Positions 1-8,975 of a stretch of 58,054 nt of DNA are shown piece by piece. A program made the position numbers and the translations under genes. Under the pieces are notes generated by a model. It was given only the letters and a program-made list of their open reading frames with translations, was not told the DNA's origin and ran no database searches. How positions within the stretch are numbered: the stretch's first letter is position 1; every line of letters starts with the position of its first letter. Location: the NCBI GenBank assembly GCA_004282895.1, contig SHLQ01000001.1, forward strand, positions 1 to 58,054, in the 5' to 3' direction. This stretch comes from Acidimicrobiales bacterium. GTDB lineage: Bacteria > Actinomycetota > Acidimicrobiia > Acidimicrobiales > SHLQ01.

Positions 1-49
1 GGCCCCGGGCGCATGCGTCCGGGGCCCTCCTCGTTTTTGTCGATTCGGT

Positions 50-1675
50 TCAGCAGTTCAGGAAGATGTTTGTGCCGGAGGTGTCGCGGCAACGATCCGT
101 GCCGATCCCTCCGTCGTGTTTGTCTGAGCCCAGCCCGCCCTTCAACACGTCCGAGCCGCCACCACCCGTCAGTTCGTCGTTGCCGGCCTGGCCGTAAATG
201 AAATCGTTGCCGGAGTTGCCGCGCAATCGGTCGGCCCCGGTGCCACCTCGAAGGTCATCCGATCCGACGTTCCCATCGATCACGTCGCGACCCTGACCTC
301 CACGAAGGAGGTCGTTGCCAGGACCACCGGTAATCCGGTCATTGCCATGGCCACCACACACCAGATCGTTTCCGTCGGCGCCATGTATGACGTCGTTTCC
401 ATCGAGTGCATGAATGACGTCACGCCCTGATGTTCCGAGGATCGTGTCATCTCCGTTCGTGCCGACAATCGTCGCCAGGACTCCGTTGCAATACACAGCG
501 ACGGGAGCGGGCGGCGGTGCAGGTGCGGGGGGTGCAGGAGCCGGAACCGGTTCAGGTATCGGCGCGGTTGGCGTTGGCGCGGGTGGCGGTGGCGTCTGAC
601 CGGGTGCGCTGACCGGCACGCGGTAGAACGAGTCGTTGATCAGTCGTTTCGCCGCGGACAACGTCTCGGGGCTTGAGTTCAGCCACCATGTACACGAAGG
701 CCAGCCTTCTCCGGCGGCGCTGTCGTGGAAGTACAGGACGGCCGCGAAGCGATCCTTGTATTCACCCGACTTGAACAGGGCTCGAACGTCGTCGAGCCAG
801 CGGGCCTTCTGTCCAATGGAACCCTCGTCGGAACCCCATTCGCCGAGAATCAGCTTCTTGGAGGGATGCTGGCGGGCGAACCGCATGAACGGCTCGATGT
901 TCGACTGAAGCGACTCCCACGGCTCGTTTCCACCGCCTCGACAGTTGTTCCAGTTGTAGGTCTGGGCGCTGATGAAGTCGATGACGTCATCACCGGGGTA
1001 CCACAGGTGAGCTCGACGCCGATCGGTTGGATTGTTGTCACCGACCTCGAAGCTCCACGACGTCATGATCCAGGCGAACGATACATTCGTGACACCCTGG
1101 GCGTCGAAGATCTGGGTGATTCGGCGAAACGCCGCGCGATAGTCGGAGCTCGTGCCGAAGCTGAGGTTCTTCTTGTGTTCCGGTTCGTGGTGGAAGCCAA
1201 TGATCATCGGTTCCCCGAACCGCTTGGCACCGCGGGCCAGGTCGACGATCTCGTTGTACACCCGCGAGCCCGCTGATGCGCTGGCGATGGATGGCCAACG
1301 CACCTGCGAACCGTCGTTTCGAACCGGCTTCACGGAGACCATAAGCTGGCGGCCGCCGTCGCGAACCCACCGATGGAACTTCTTGTCCTCACCCATCTTG
1401 TCGTCCCAGTCGCTGAATCCACGGACCATCGGAAGCGTGCGCCCGAGTGTGTTCTCAAGCTTGATGATGGCGTCGGTGTTGTTCTCCCCACCGACCGGCT
1501 GCGCGTAGGCGCCAAAGGTGACGCCGCCGGGCAGAGCCTCTGCTGGCGACGGCGGAAGGGCGAACAACAACGTGGCGATCAGCGCCATCGTGGCCATGAC
1601 CGCCACCCGGTGAGGGATAAATATGGGCACGATACTACTCCTTGTGCCCAACACCTGCCGGAGACTGTATTGCAC
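50..1675 (-). CDS. Secreted GH26-like (clan GH-A) glycoside hydrolase with Pro-rich linker and C-terminal hemolysin-type (RTX) calcium-binding repeats
   Basis: 541-aa ORF. It has a signal-like segment MATMALIATLLFALPPSPAEA (alternative ATG at 1597). Motifs GFHHEPEH, WYPGDDVIDFISAQTYNW and LGEWGS parallel the neighbouring paralogue and GH26 mannanase-type signatures. A linker PPPPAPTPTAPIPEPVPAPAPPAPAPPPAP is followed by about 14 consecutive GGxGxD nonapeptides. Confidence 0.75.
   Translation of the reverse strand: MQYSLRQVLGTRSSIVPIFIPHRVAVMATMALIATLLFALPPSPAEALPGGVTFGAYAQPVGGENNTDAIIKLENTLGRTLPMVRGFSDWDDKMGEDKKFHRWVRDGGRQLMVSVKPVRNDGSQVRWPSIASASAGSRVYNEIVDLARGAKRFGEPMIIGFHHEPEHKKNLSFGTSSDYRAAFRRITQIFDAQGVTNVSFAWIMTSWSFEVGDNNPTDRRRAHLWYPGDDVIDFISAQTYNWNNCRGGGNEPWESLQSNIEPFMRFARQHPSKKLILGEWGSDEGSIGQKARWLDDVRALFKSGEYKDRFAAVLYFHDSAAGEGWPSCTWWLNSSPETLSAAKRLINDSFYRVPVSAPGQTPPPPAPTPTAPIPEPVPAPAPPAPAPPPAPVAVYCNGVLATIVGTNGDDTILGTSGRDVIHALDGNDVIHGADGNDLVCGGHGNDRITGGPGNDLLRGGQGRDVIDGNVGSDDLRGGTGADRLRGNSGNDFIYGQAGNDELTGGGGSDVLKGGLGSDKHDGGIGTDRCRDTSGTNIFLNC
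53..469 (-). repeat. Array of about 14 nonapeptide GGxGxDxUx (RTX-type) repeat units encoded at the 3' end of the hydrolase gene
   Basis: Translated units include GGHGNDRIT, GGPGNDLLR, GGQGRDVID, GNVGSDDLR, GGTGADRLR, GNSGNDFIY, GQAGNDELT, GGGGSDVLK and GGLGSDKHD, read directly from the ORF translation. Confidence 0.8.
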
Positions 1676-1723
1676 TCACGGAGGAATGCAACTGCTTTCG
1701 AAACAAATCCGAAGCGTGGTATT

Positions 1724-2746
1724 TCAGGGTGTGAACCAGGGATCGTTGCTCATCTCCACCCACGCGGCGTAGCTGTCCGGCGAGGTGTCAACTCGCCAGT
1801 CCCGGTGGCCGCGATCGCTGAAGTCCTTGTCGAAGTAGACGAGTGCGTCGATCTCGGGAAACTCGGCCCGGAGGGTCTCGGGCAGCGAACGAATCCACTC
1901 GGCCTTTTCGCCCGTGGAACCCTCACCAACGCCGGTCTCGCCGATCATGATCGGCAGCCCCTTCGGTTCGGCCCAGTCGTAGAAGTCGCCGAAGATCTCC
2001 CCGAAACCGAGCCAGTCGTCCGCATCGGCGGTGGCGCCCCAGTTGTATCCATCGGCGCAAAGCCAGTCGACGCGGTCGTCGCCTGGGTACCAGGGCTCTG
2101 GATCGCCACCATCCCAGAACAAGAACTCGTTGGGGCACCAGACGAATGCGGCGTTGTTCGCGCCGACATCGGTAAAGATGTCGCGGATGTGGTTCCACGC
2201 CGCAACGTAGTCAGGACCGGAATGGACCCAGTCCCTCCGGCGGTTGCCGTCCATCTCCCACAACCAGCGGAGCAGAATGTCGGTCTCGAGGTCGCGAACC
2301 GCCTCTGCCTGGCGTTGAATCCATTCGTCGTGCACACCGGCGGCAATTTCCTTGGTGTCCGTGCCGTTCCACGAGACCAGCAGCGTCCGACCGTCTTCGA
2401 GATGCATGAGGTCATCGGTCGTGGGGATTGCGGTGTCCCAACTGTGAAACACATGGCCGATGTCGTAGTCGCGGCCGGCATCGGATTCGATCTGTCGCCA
2501 ACGGGGTTCGCGTTCGGCTCGACTCAGCGCGGTCGAGAAGCCCAACAACGCACCTTCTCTCGGCATCACCGAGGTTGTCGGCGCGGAGTCGGTGGTCGGG
2601 GTGACCTCGGAGGTCGTCGTTGGTGCGGGCACGACGCTCGAAGACGACGTGGTGTCGGCCGATCCCGCACAACCGGCAGCGACGAGGCACAGTGCCAGCA
2701 GCGCGGGCCGTAGTGAAGCTGCAGGTCGGGGAAAAGGTGAGGTCAT
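1724..2746 (-). CDS. GH26-like glycoside hydrolase lipoprotein
   Basis: 340-aa ORF with lipobox LVAAGC after a positively charged N-terminus and a Thr/Ser/Pro-rich linker. Motifs WLWEMDGN (acid/base-type), WYPGDDRVDWLCADGYNWG and IGETGV (nucleophile-type) are present. It is a paralogue of the 50-1675 catalytic region. Confidence 0.75.
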   Translation of the reverse strand: MTSPFPRPAASLRPALLALCLVAAGCAGSADTTSSSSVVPAPTTTSEVTPTTDSAPTTSVMPREGALLGFSTALSRAEREPRWRQIESDAGRDYDIGHVFHSWDTAIPTTDDLMHLEDGRTLLVSWNGTDTKEIAAGVHDEWIQRQAEAVRDLETDILLRWLWEMDGNRRRDWVHSGPDYVAAWNHIRDIFTDVGANNAAFVWCPNEFLFWDGGDPEPWYPGDDRVDWLCADGYNWGATADADDWLGFGEIFGDFYDWAEPKGLPIMIGETGVGEGSTGEKAEWIRSLPETLRAEFPEIDALVYFDKDFSDRGHRDWRVDTSPDSYAAWVEMSNDPWFTP

Positions 2747-3018
2747 GGTGCCGAACGCGGTCTCGGCCGCCCAACTGAGGGTAGACGCATAGGTCGCTCA
2801 CAACCCGTCGGTCAGGGGCACAGGCCGATGAGGTTTGTCACTGATATGGTCACTTTGCGTCCATGTCGCGACAAAATGACCGCGCGGTGCGTCTATCTGG
2901 TGGAAGGTGTGTGTGTTGCAGATTTGTCGTGGAGGGCAGCCGTGCGCGTGGAGGTTAAGTGCAGGGGTGTTTGGACCGATTGGAATGCACCGGACACGCC
3001 CAGGGCAGGTAGGGATTT

Positions 3019-4740
3019 ATGGATAGCGAAGAACTCGAACTGGGCCACTACGGCCGCATACTTCGCCGGAGCTGGTGGCTTGTCGCGTTGTCGATTGTCG
3101 CCTGCATGTTGTTGGCGACGTTCTTCCTCCCGCAGCCACGTGACTTCTACGAATCGACGGTCTCGGTCATTCTCCGGCCCGGTCGAGCGGACTTCGGCAG
3201 CGATCGCGACCCGGTCAACGAGGATCGCGAAGCAGGTATCGCGGTTTCGCCAACGATCGGTCAGGTCGTCGTCGACGCAGCGTCGTCCCCGCTCACCCTC
3301 GTCGACTGGAATGACAACCTCACCGTCAGCCCCTGCCTCGACTCATCGAGCCTCGTCGTCAATGACAGCTGTGACAGCGGCATCTTGAGTTTCACCTATC
3401 GCGCCGAAACACCGGAAGAGGCTGGGACGCTCGTCTTTGCGTCGGCCGACGCCTACCTCCAGGATCGCATCGCGCGGGAGCGGACGCTGGTCGACAACCA
3501 GATATCGCAGCTTCGAACCCAGATCGCCGATCTTGAACTCAGCCTCGACAACGAACGAGCGGTCTACAACGCCACCGAGGAAGACAGCCTCGATCGGGTG
3601 CTGTCCCAGACGCGACTCACACGCCTGGAGAACCAGCGGGTTGAAGCCCAGCGCACGGTGACGAACCTCGACGTACCAACCGAAGTTGGCAGCATGTTGG
3701 GTGACCCCACGGAACCCACCGCCGAGAGCGAAGGTATCCCTCGGGTCATCGCACTCGCGGCCGGATTCCTGATGGGGCTTCTGTTCGGCGGAATGGCCGC
3801 AGTGCTCTCCGACCGACTCGACCGTCGCCTCTCGGACGCACCAGAGATCGAAGCCGATCTGGGAGTGCCCGTACTCGGCAATATTCCGAGAATCACCGAA
3901 GACAGCCCAGCGCTGGTCACCGCGGTTGGCGCCCATACCCCGGGAGCGGAAGCGTTCCGCCGACTTGCCGCAGCCGCATTGGTGCCTCGCGATGGGTACA
4001 TCGTGGAATCCATCACCGTGACAGGTGCCAGCGAAAACGAAGGTCGCACGACCACGGCCGTCAACATGGCGATCGCGCTTGGTCAAGCAGGGCGCCAGGT
4101 GCTTCTCGTGGCTGGCGATCGGCGCGACAACTCTCTTGACCGTCTCTTCGGTTTGGCGAACAAGCCGGGTCTGAACGACTTCCTTCGGGGATCGGGAGAC
4201 ATCGAGGCCGCGCGAACCATGGTCGGCACGGCCGAGGAACGTCTCGGTATTCGTGTGATTCCCAGCGGCACCCCCTCGCCGCCACCCCTGTCCACCAGCT
4301 CCATGGCTGCGCTCCTCGCCGCAGCCAATGAACGCGGCATGATGGTCGTCTTCGACTCACCGCCAGCGCTCACACACAGCGATGGTCTGCAGCTCGCGGC
4401 GATCGCCGATGCGGTGTACGTCGTTGCTGCCGTGGGCAAGACCCGTCGCAGTGAGTTGAACGAGTTGCGCATTCAGTTGCTGAACGTCCGCGCCGACCTC
4501 GCCGGAGCGATCATCAACCGCAACAGCCGCGTCTCGCTGCTCCCCGCAGGATCGGCCGAATTCGTCGCTGGGCCCATCACGGTCCCGAACGGCATACCGG
4601 GCAACGCGCGCCGACAGTCAAACCTGGAACGGTTGGCCGAACTGCACGCCAATGAGGAAGGCGATCTTGGTATGCCGGAAGCCGCCGCCGGCCTCGAAGA
4701 GCTCGAGACCGATCGCGATCCGGCGGAGGAAACGTCTTGA
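3019..4740 (+). CDS. Polysaccharide co-polymerase (Wzz-like) fused to a BY-kinase-like P-loop domain, with degenerate kinase motifs
   Basis: ATG at 3019 with AGGGA 5 nt upstream. There is an N-terminal TM, a long coiled periplasmic-type region and a second TM (IALAAGFLMGLLFGGMAAVL). The CpsD/Wzc-like domain has TGASENEGRTTT (Walker A with Arg in place of Lys), LLVAGDRRD and VVFDSPP (Walker B). The C-terminal tail contains no tyrosine. Confidence 0.8.
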   Translation: MDSEELELGHYGRILRRSWWLVALSIVACMLLATFFLPQPRDFYESTVSVILRPGRADFGSDRDPVNEDREAGIAVSPTIGQVVVDAASSPLTLVDWNDNLTVSPCLDSSSLVVNDSCDSGILSFTYRAETPEEAGTLVFASADAYLQDRIARERTLVDNQISQLRTQIADLELSLDNERAVYNATEEDSLDRVLSQTRLTRLENQRVEAQRTVTNLDVPTEVGSMLGDPTEPTAESEGIPRVIALAAGFLMGLLFGGMAAVLSDRLDRRLSDAPEIEADLGVPVLGNIPRITEDSPALVTAVGAHTPGAEAFRRLAAAALVPRDGYIVESITVTGASENEGRTTTAVNMAIALGQAGRQVLLVAGDRRDNSLDRLFGLANKPGLNDFLRGSGDIEAARTMVGTAEERLGIRVIPSGTPSPPPLSTSSMAALLAAANERGMMVVFDSPPALTHSDGLQLAAIADAVYVVAAVGKTRRSELNELRIQLLNVRADLAGAIINRNSRVSLLPAGSAEFVAGPITVPNGIPGNARRQSNLERLAELHANEEGDLGMPEAAAGLEELETDRDPAEETS

Positions 4741-5213
4741 TCCCCATCGATAGTGACAAGCGTTTGAACGTCGGTTTGGTCGGTTCGTCCGGCGGCCACC
4801 TCGCGCACCTGCTCATCCTGAGGCAGTGGTGGCAGGAGCACGATCGGTTCTGGGTGACGTTCGACATGCCGGACAGCCACGACCTGCTCGATTCCGAACG
4901 CGTCGATTGGGCGCACTACCCAACGACCAGAAACCTCAAGAACCTCGTCTTCAACTTCGGCCTGGCGTGGAAGGTCCTTCGTCGTGAACGACCGGACGTC
5001 CTGATCTCGACCGGCGCCGCAGTGGCTTTCCCGTTCTTTCTGCTCGGACGCATGATGGGCGTCAAGACGGTCTTCATCGAGGTCTACGACCGGATCGACC
5101 ATGCGTCCCTTACGGCGCGGCTGTGTGCCCCGTTGTCGAGCAGCTTCCTTGTCCAATGGGAGGACCAACTGGTCTTCCACCCCAGAGCGGAACTCATCGG
5201 GAGATTGATGTGA
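4737..5213 (+). CDS. Alg14-like / PssD / Cps14F-type glycosyltransferase membrane-anchoring subunit
   Basis: TTG start at 4737 overlaps the upstream TGA (TTGA), with GGAGGA 6 nt upstream. The signature GLVGSSGGHLAHLLILRQWW is typical of the Alg14/oligosaccharide biosynthesis family. Confidence 0.8.
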   Translation: MIPIDSDKRLNVGLVGSSGGHLAHLLILRQWWQEHDRFWVTFDMPDSHDLLDSERVDWAHYPTTRNLKNLVFNFGLAWKVLRRERPDVLISTGAAVAFPFFLLGRMMGVKTVFIEVYDRIDHASLTARLCAPLSSSFLVQWEDQLVFHPRAELIGRLM

Positions 5214-6739
5214 CCCCAGCCCCTCGACGATTGCCCGAACCAGGTGTGGGCATCGAGAGACTGTTCGTGTCCGTGGGCACGGACTTCCACCGATTCGACC
5301 GCCTCATGCGCTGGCTGGACGAGTGGATGGCCGCCGATGCCGACGTCCACCACGTTGTTGTTCAGCGGGGGACCTCGGTCGAACCGACGACAGTTACCAG
5401 TGTGGATTACCTGCAACGAGGTCGCCTGATCTCCGAGTTTCAGGACGCCACCGTTGTGGTGTGCCACGGCGGACCCGCGACGATTCTCGAGTGCCGGGCC
5501 AACGGCCTTGTTCCCATCGTCGTGCCACGCGAACAACGATTCAGCGAGCACGTCAACGACCACCAGGTGGATTTCTGCGAGCGGCTCGCCGCCCATGGCG
5601 AGATTCAGCTCGCTCGAACGAAGTCGGAGTTCTTCCGTTTGCTCGACCTGGCGGTGGAACGGGGTGCACCCGAGGTTGCCGTTGACGACGGGCACGCCGC
5701 GATCGCGTTGGGAAATTTTGAAGACGCCATGATCGACCTTCTCGGTACACGAGCCGCAAGTACGCCGGCTGCGCTGGCCGAAGTGGTCGAGCTCAACGCC
5801 GACGACGAGAAGATCCCGGTTTTGTTCATTGGCTCGGTCCCGCGTTCGGGCAGCTCGCTCATTTCGGAACTGCTCGACGAACACCCGCACATGGTGAACA
5901 TCGGCGAGATGGTGCACATGTGGCAACGGGGTGTCATCGACAACGACCGGTGTGGCTGCGGTGAGCCGTTCTCCGACTGCGACTTCTGGACGAAGGTCGG
6001 CGAAGTCGCCTTCGGCGGTTGGAAGAACATCTCCGGTCAACGGATGCGCACGCTTCAACAGCGGGCCGACCGCACCCGTTTCGTCCCCGCCCTGCTCACG
6101 CCCAGGATCTCCCGCCAGATGTTGATCAGCGTCCACCAGTACGGGGCCGTCGTGGCTCGCGTGCTCGCGGCAGTGCGTGAAGTCTCGGGAGCTCCGATCA
6201 TCGTCGACACCTCGAAACACGTGTCGACCGCCCTCCTGCTCCGCCAGATCCCGCAGATCGATCTGCGGGTCGTACATCTCATTCGTGACCCCCGAGGGGT
6301 CGCACATTCCTGGTCCAAACAGGTGGAACGTCCTGAAGTCACGGGCGCTTCGGTCGAGATGGACCGCTTGCATCCAGGTCGAATTGGCCTGCGTTGGCTT
6401 TGGTTCAATTGGGCGTTCAGCAACATGGATCGACTCGGCGTGCCGAGTATGACGATCCGGTACGAGGACTTCGTTGCCGCTCCGCAGGACTCGCTGAATC
6501 AGATGTTCGACTTCGGTGGCGTTGATCCGATCGCGGAATCACTTGTGGCGAACGCCGAACCACGGGTGTTGGACGGCGGCCATTCGGTCTCGGGCAACCC
6601 GGCCCGACTCAGCCGCAAGCCGGTGGAGATCCGCGCCGATGAGGGCTGGAAGACCGGGCTCAACCCCCGCATGCGGAACCTGGTCACACTGATCACCAAA
6701 CCGATGAGGCGTCGATACCACTATCCCGAAGGCGGGTGA
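5210..6739 (+). CDS. Fusion protein: Alg13-like / PssE / GT28 C-terminal-domain glycosyltransferase subunit plus C-terminal sulfotransferase domain
   Basis: A GTG at 5210 overlaps the Alg14-like stop (GTGA); the track ORF extends upstream to 5123. The N-terminal half has LFVSVGTDFHRFDRL and VVCHGGPATILECRANGLVPIVVPR...NDHQVDF. The C-terminal half, from about 5810, has PAPS 5'-phosphosulfate-binding-type FIGSVPRSGSS and 3'-phosphate-type HLIRDPRGVAHSW. Confidence 0.8.
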   Translation: MTPAPRRLPEPGVGIERLFVSVGTDFHRFDRLMRWLDEWMAADADVHHVVVQRGTSVEPTTVTSVDYLQRGRLISEFQDATVVVCHGGPATILECRANGLVPIVVPREQRFSEHVNDHQVDFCERLAAHGEIQLARTKSEFFRLLDLAVERGAPEVAVDDGHAAIALGNFEDAMIDLLGTRAASTPAALAEVVELNADDEKIPVLFIGSVPRSGSSLISELLDEHPHMVNIGEMVHMWQRGVIDNDRCGCGEPFSDCDFWTKVGEVAFGGWKNISGQRMRTLQQRADRTRFVPALLTPRISRQMLISVHQYGAVVARVLAAVREVSGAPIIVDTSKHVSTALLLRQIPQIDLRVVHLIRDPRGVAHSWSKQVERPEVTGASVEMDRLHPGRIGLRWLWFNWAFSNMDRLGVPSMTIRYEDFVAAPQDSLNQMFDFGGVDPIAESLVANAEPRVLDGGHSVSGNPARLSRKPVEIRADEGWKTGLNPRMRNLVTLITKPMRRRYHYPEGG

Positions 6740-7647
6740 TCATGGCGGTGATCAGCACCATCGTTGCCACCCGAGATCGGCCCGAGCTGTTGCGGCAGAC
6801 CCTCGCATCGATCGCCAACCAGACGTACGACGGGGTGATCGAGACGTGTGTCGTGTTCGATCAAACCGAGCCAGACATGTCCCTCGAGGTTGCGGACGGC
6901 AACCGGCCCGTGCGAGTGCTGCGCAACGAACGGCAACCGGGCTTGCAGGGCGCACGGAACACCGGCCTTCTGAACACGAACGGCGAGCTTGTCGCCTTCT
7001 GCGATGACGACGACGTCTGGGCGCCGAGCAAGATTCGTCGACAGGTTGAACTGCTGTCGGGCAATCCGGACGTGCACTTCGTGGGGTCGGGTGTCATCGT
7101 CGAATACGTAGGTGAATCGGTCACCCGGGTCCGTGACGAGTCTCGAATCACCTTTCGTGACCTGCTCCGCTCCCGAGTCTTCGAAGCCCACCCATCCACG
7201 TTTCTCATGCGACGCCGCGAACTCATCGATGTCATCGGCCTGATTGATGAGGCCGTGCCCGGAGGGTACGGCGAAGATTACGAATGGTTGCTGCGGGCCA
7301 CGCGGGAGACCGATCTGCTTCTTGTGCCCGCGCCGCTGGTCACCGTTCGCTGGCACACCGCATCGTTCTACGCCGAGCGTTGGCAGATGCGCATCGACGG
7401 GCTGCAGTACATCCTCGACCGCTTCCCGGAATTCGAAACCGAGCCGGTTGGACTGGCACGGATCAAGGGACAGATGGCGTTCGCGAAGGCATCACTCGGC
7501 GATCGTAAGGCGGCCTTCTCGCTTGCGAAGGAGACACTGAAGCTCAATCCCAAGGAAGCCCGCGCTGGGCTGGCCTTGGCGGTTGCCGCCGGGGTGCCCT
7601 CGGCCACCGTCGTGTCCCAGCTGCAGAAACGTGGAAACTCGGTCTGA
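6736..7647 (+). CDS. Family 2 glycosyltransferase with short TPR-like C-terminal tail
   Basis: GTG at 6736 overlaps the upstream stop (alternative ATG at 6742). Motifs are ISTIVATRDRPELLRQTLASIANQTY and an FCDDDDVW DxD-type motif. Confidence 0.85.
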   Translation: MIMAVISTIVATRDRPELLRQTLASIANQTYDGVIETCVVFDQTEPDMSLEVADGNRPVRVLRNERQPGLQGARNTGLLNTNGELVAFCDDDDVWAPSKIRRQVELLSGNPDVHFVGSGVIVEYVGESVTRVRDESRITFRDLLRSRVFEAHPSTFLMRRRELIDVIGLIDEAVPGGYGEDYEWLLRATRETDLLLVPAPLVTVRWHTASFYAERWQMRIDGLQYILDRFPEFETEPVGLARIKGQMAFAKASLGDRKAAFSLAKETLKLNPKEARAGLALAVAAGVPSATVVSQLQKRGNSV

Positions 7648-8975
7648 TGGCCGTCACCAGCATTCCGATCGAGGCGTCTCCCGCAGCCCGCCGCTACGAA
7701 ACGCCACTGCGTGGTCTGCTCCACCCGGGTCTGCCGTTCTTCGTCATGGCGATGTTGCCGCTGTTCTGGGCGCTTGGCCTGGGGTACTTCACCTTCGTCA
7801 TCGCCGCGGTGCCCATGCTGTTTGGGCTGCTGCTCATACATCCGATTCGAATTCCCAAGGGCTACGGCTGGTGGATCGGTTTCATGGTCTGGACGCTGCT
7901 GTCGGCGATCATGCTGGAACCAAGCCTCAACCGCTACCTCTCGTACAGCTCGCGGGCGCTGGCCCATATTGCCGCCGGCATCATCTTCCTCTACATCTAC
8001 AACCTGCCCACGAAGTACCTCCCGACCGGTCGGATCCTCGCGGTCTGTGGCGGCCTGTTCCTGTTCACCGCGGTCGTCGGCGGCTACCTCGGACTGATCC
8101 TCGGTGAGACCCGACTCTCGACGCCGTTCTCCCAACTCCTTCCGCAGAGCATGCTCAGCAACTCGTTTGTCGAGAACATCGTCCGGCCGCCGTATGCCCA
8201 ACGGCAAGACTTCCTGGGCTTCCCCTTGAACCGACCGGCCATGCCGTTCTCCTTCACGAACGACTGGGGCGCCACGCTGGTGCCCGGGACGTTCCTGGCG
8301 ATTGCCGCAGCCGGACGCGCCGGCCGAGCTCGACGTTTCATGCCAGTGCTGGCGCTTCTCGCGGTTGTGCCGATGATCGTGTCGGTCAACCGAGGGTTGT
8401 GGCTCTCGTTGATGCTCGGGGTGGCCTATGTCGTTGTTCGACAAGCGTCGGCCGGACAGCTGCTTCTGGCGATCCGCCTCTCCGTTGTGGTGTTGTTCGT
8501 CGGCGTGGTAATTGCGGTTTCTCCGCTGGCGGGACTCATCGAAGATCGCGCAACAACATCGCACTCCGTGGGGACGAGAGGTGAGCTCTACACCGACGTG
8601 CTCGAACGTCTCCCCGAATCGCCGATCCTCGGGTTCGGCGCGCCTCTGGCCAATCCCGATCCCACCGCACCGGCCATTGGTACTCACGGCATGTTCTGGA
8701 CCGCGTTGTTCTCCCAGGGTGTGCCCGGACTGATCTTCTATGTCGGCTTCTGGGTGAGTATGGCCGTCCGTACCGGACGAAACATCCGTAGTCAGGAACA
8801 CCTCTGGCTGCACTTGGCGGTGGCGTCGGCGATACCCACGATGTTCTTCTACGACCATCTGCCGGCCGCGCTGCCGCTGATGATGATTGCCGCCGCGGTG
8901 ATCCTTCGGGACCGCCGAGCCGGTGACATCGAACGGGCCCACCTCGCGGAGCAATCGCTCGCGGTGGCGCCATGA
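7647..8975 (+). CDS. O-antigen polymerase/ligase-like (Wzy_C family) polytopic membrane protein
   Basis: ATG at 7647 overlaps the upstream TGA by 1 nt. The 442-aa product has roughly 10-12 hydrophobic segments and a central loop NRGLWLSLMLGVAYVVV of the O-antigen ligase family type. Confidence 0.7.
   Translation: MAVTSIPIEASPAARRYETPLRGLLHPGLPFFVMAMLPLFWALGLGYFTFVIAAVPMLFGLLLIHPIRIPKGYGWWIGFMVWTLLSAIMLEPSLNRYLSYSSRALAHIAAGIIFLYIYNLPTKYLPTGRILAVCGGLFLFTAVVGGYLGLILGETRLSTPFSQLLPQSMLSNSFVENIVRPPYAQRQDFLGFPLNRPAMPFSFTNDWGATLVPGTFLAIAAAGRAGRARRFMPVLALLAVVPMIVSVNRGLWLSLMLGVAYVVVRQASAGQLLLAIRLSVVVLFVGVVIAVSPLAGLIEDRATTSHSVGTRGELYTDVLERLPESPILGFGAPLANPDPTAPAIGTHGMFWTALFSQGVPGLIFYVGFWVSMAVRTGRNIRSQEHLWLHLAVASAIPTMFFYDHLPAALPLMMIAAAVILRDRRAGDIERAHLAEQSLAVAP

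Noticed and set aside
1373-2713. A 446-aa plus-strand ORF overlaps both GH26-like genes.
   Set aside because: It is antisense to two ORFs with clear family motifs, and its translation is Arg/Gly/Val-rich without recognisable domains.
2828-3388. A 186-aa plus-strand ORF starts in the promoter region upstream of the Wzz-like gene.
   Set aside because: It is out of frame with, and mostly overlapped by, the well-supported 3019-4740 gene. The non-overlapping part lies in a lower-GC, promoter-like region (GTCACT direct repeat, AT-rich stretches).
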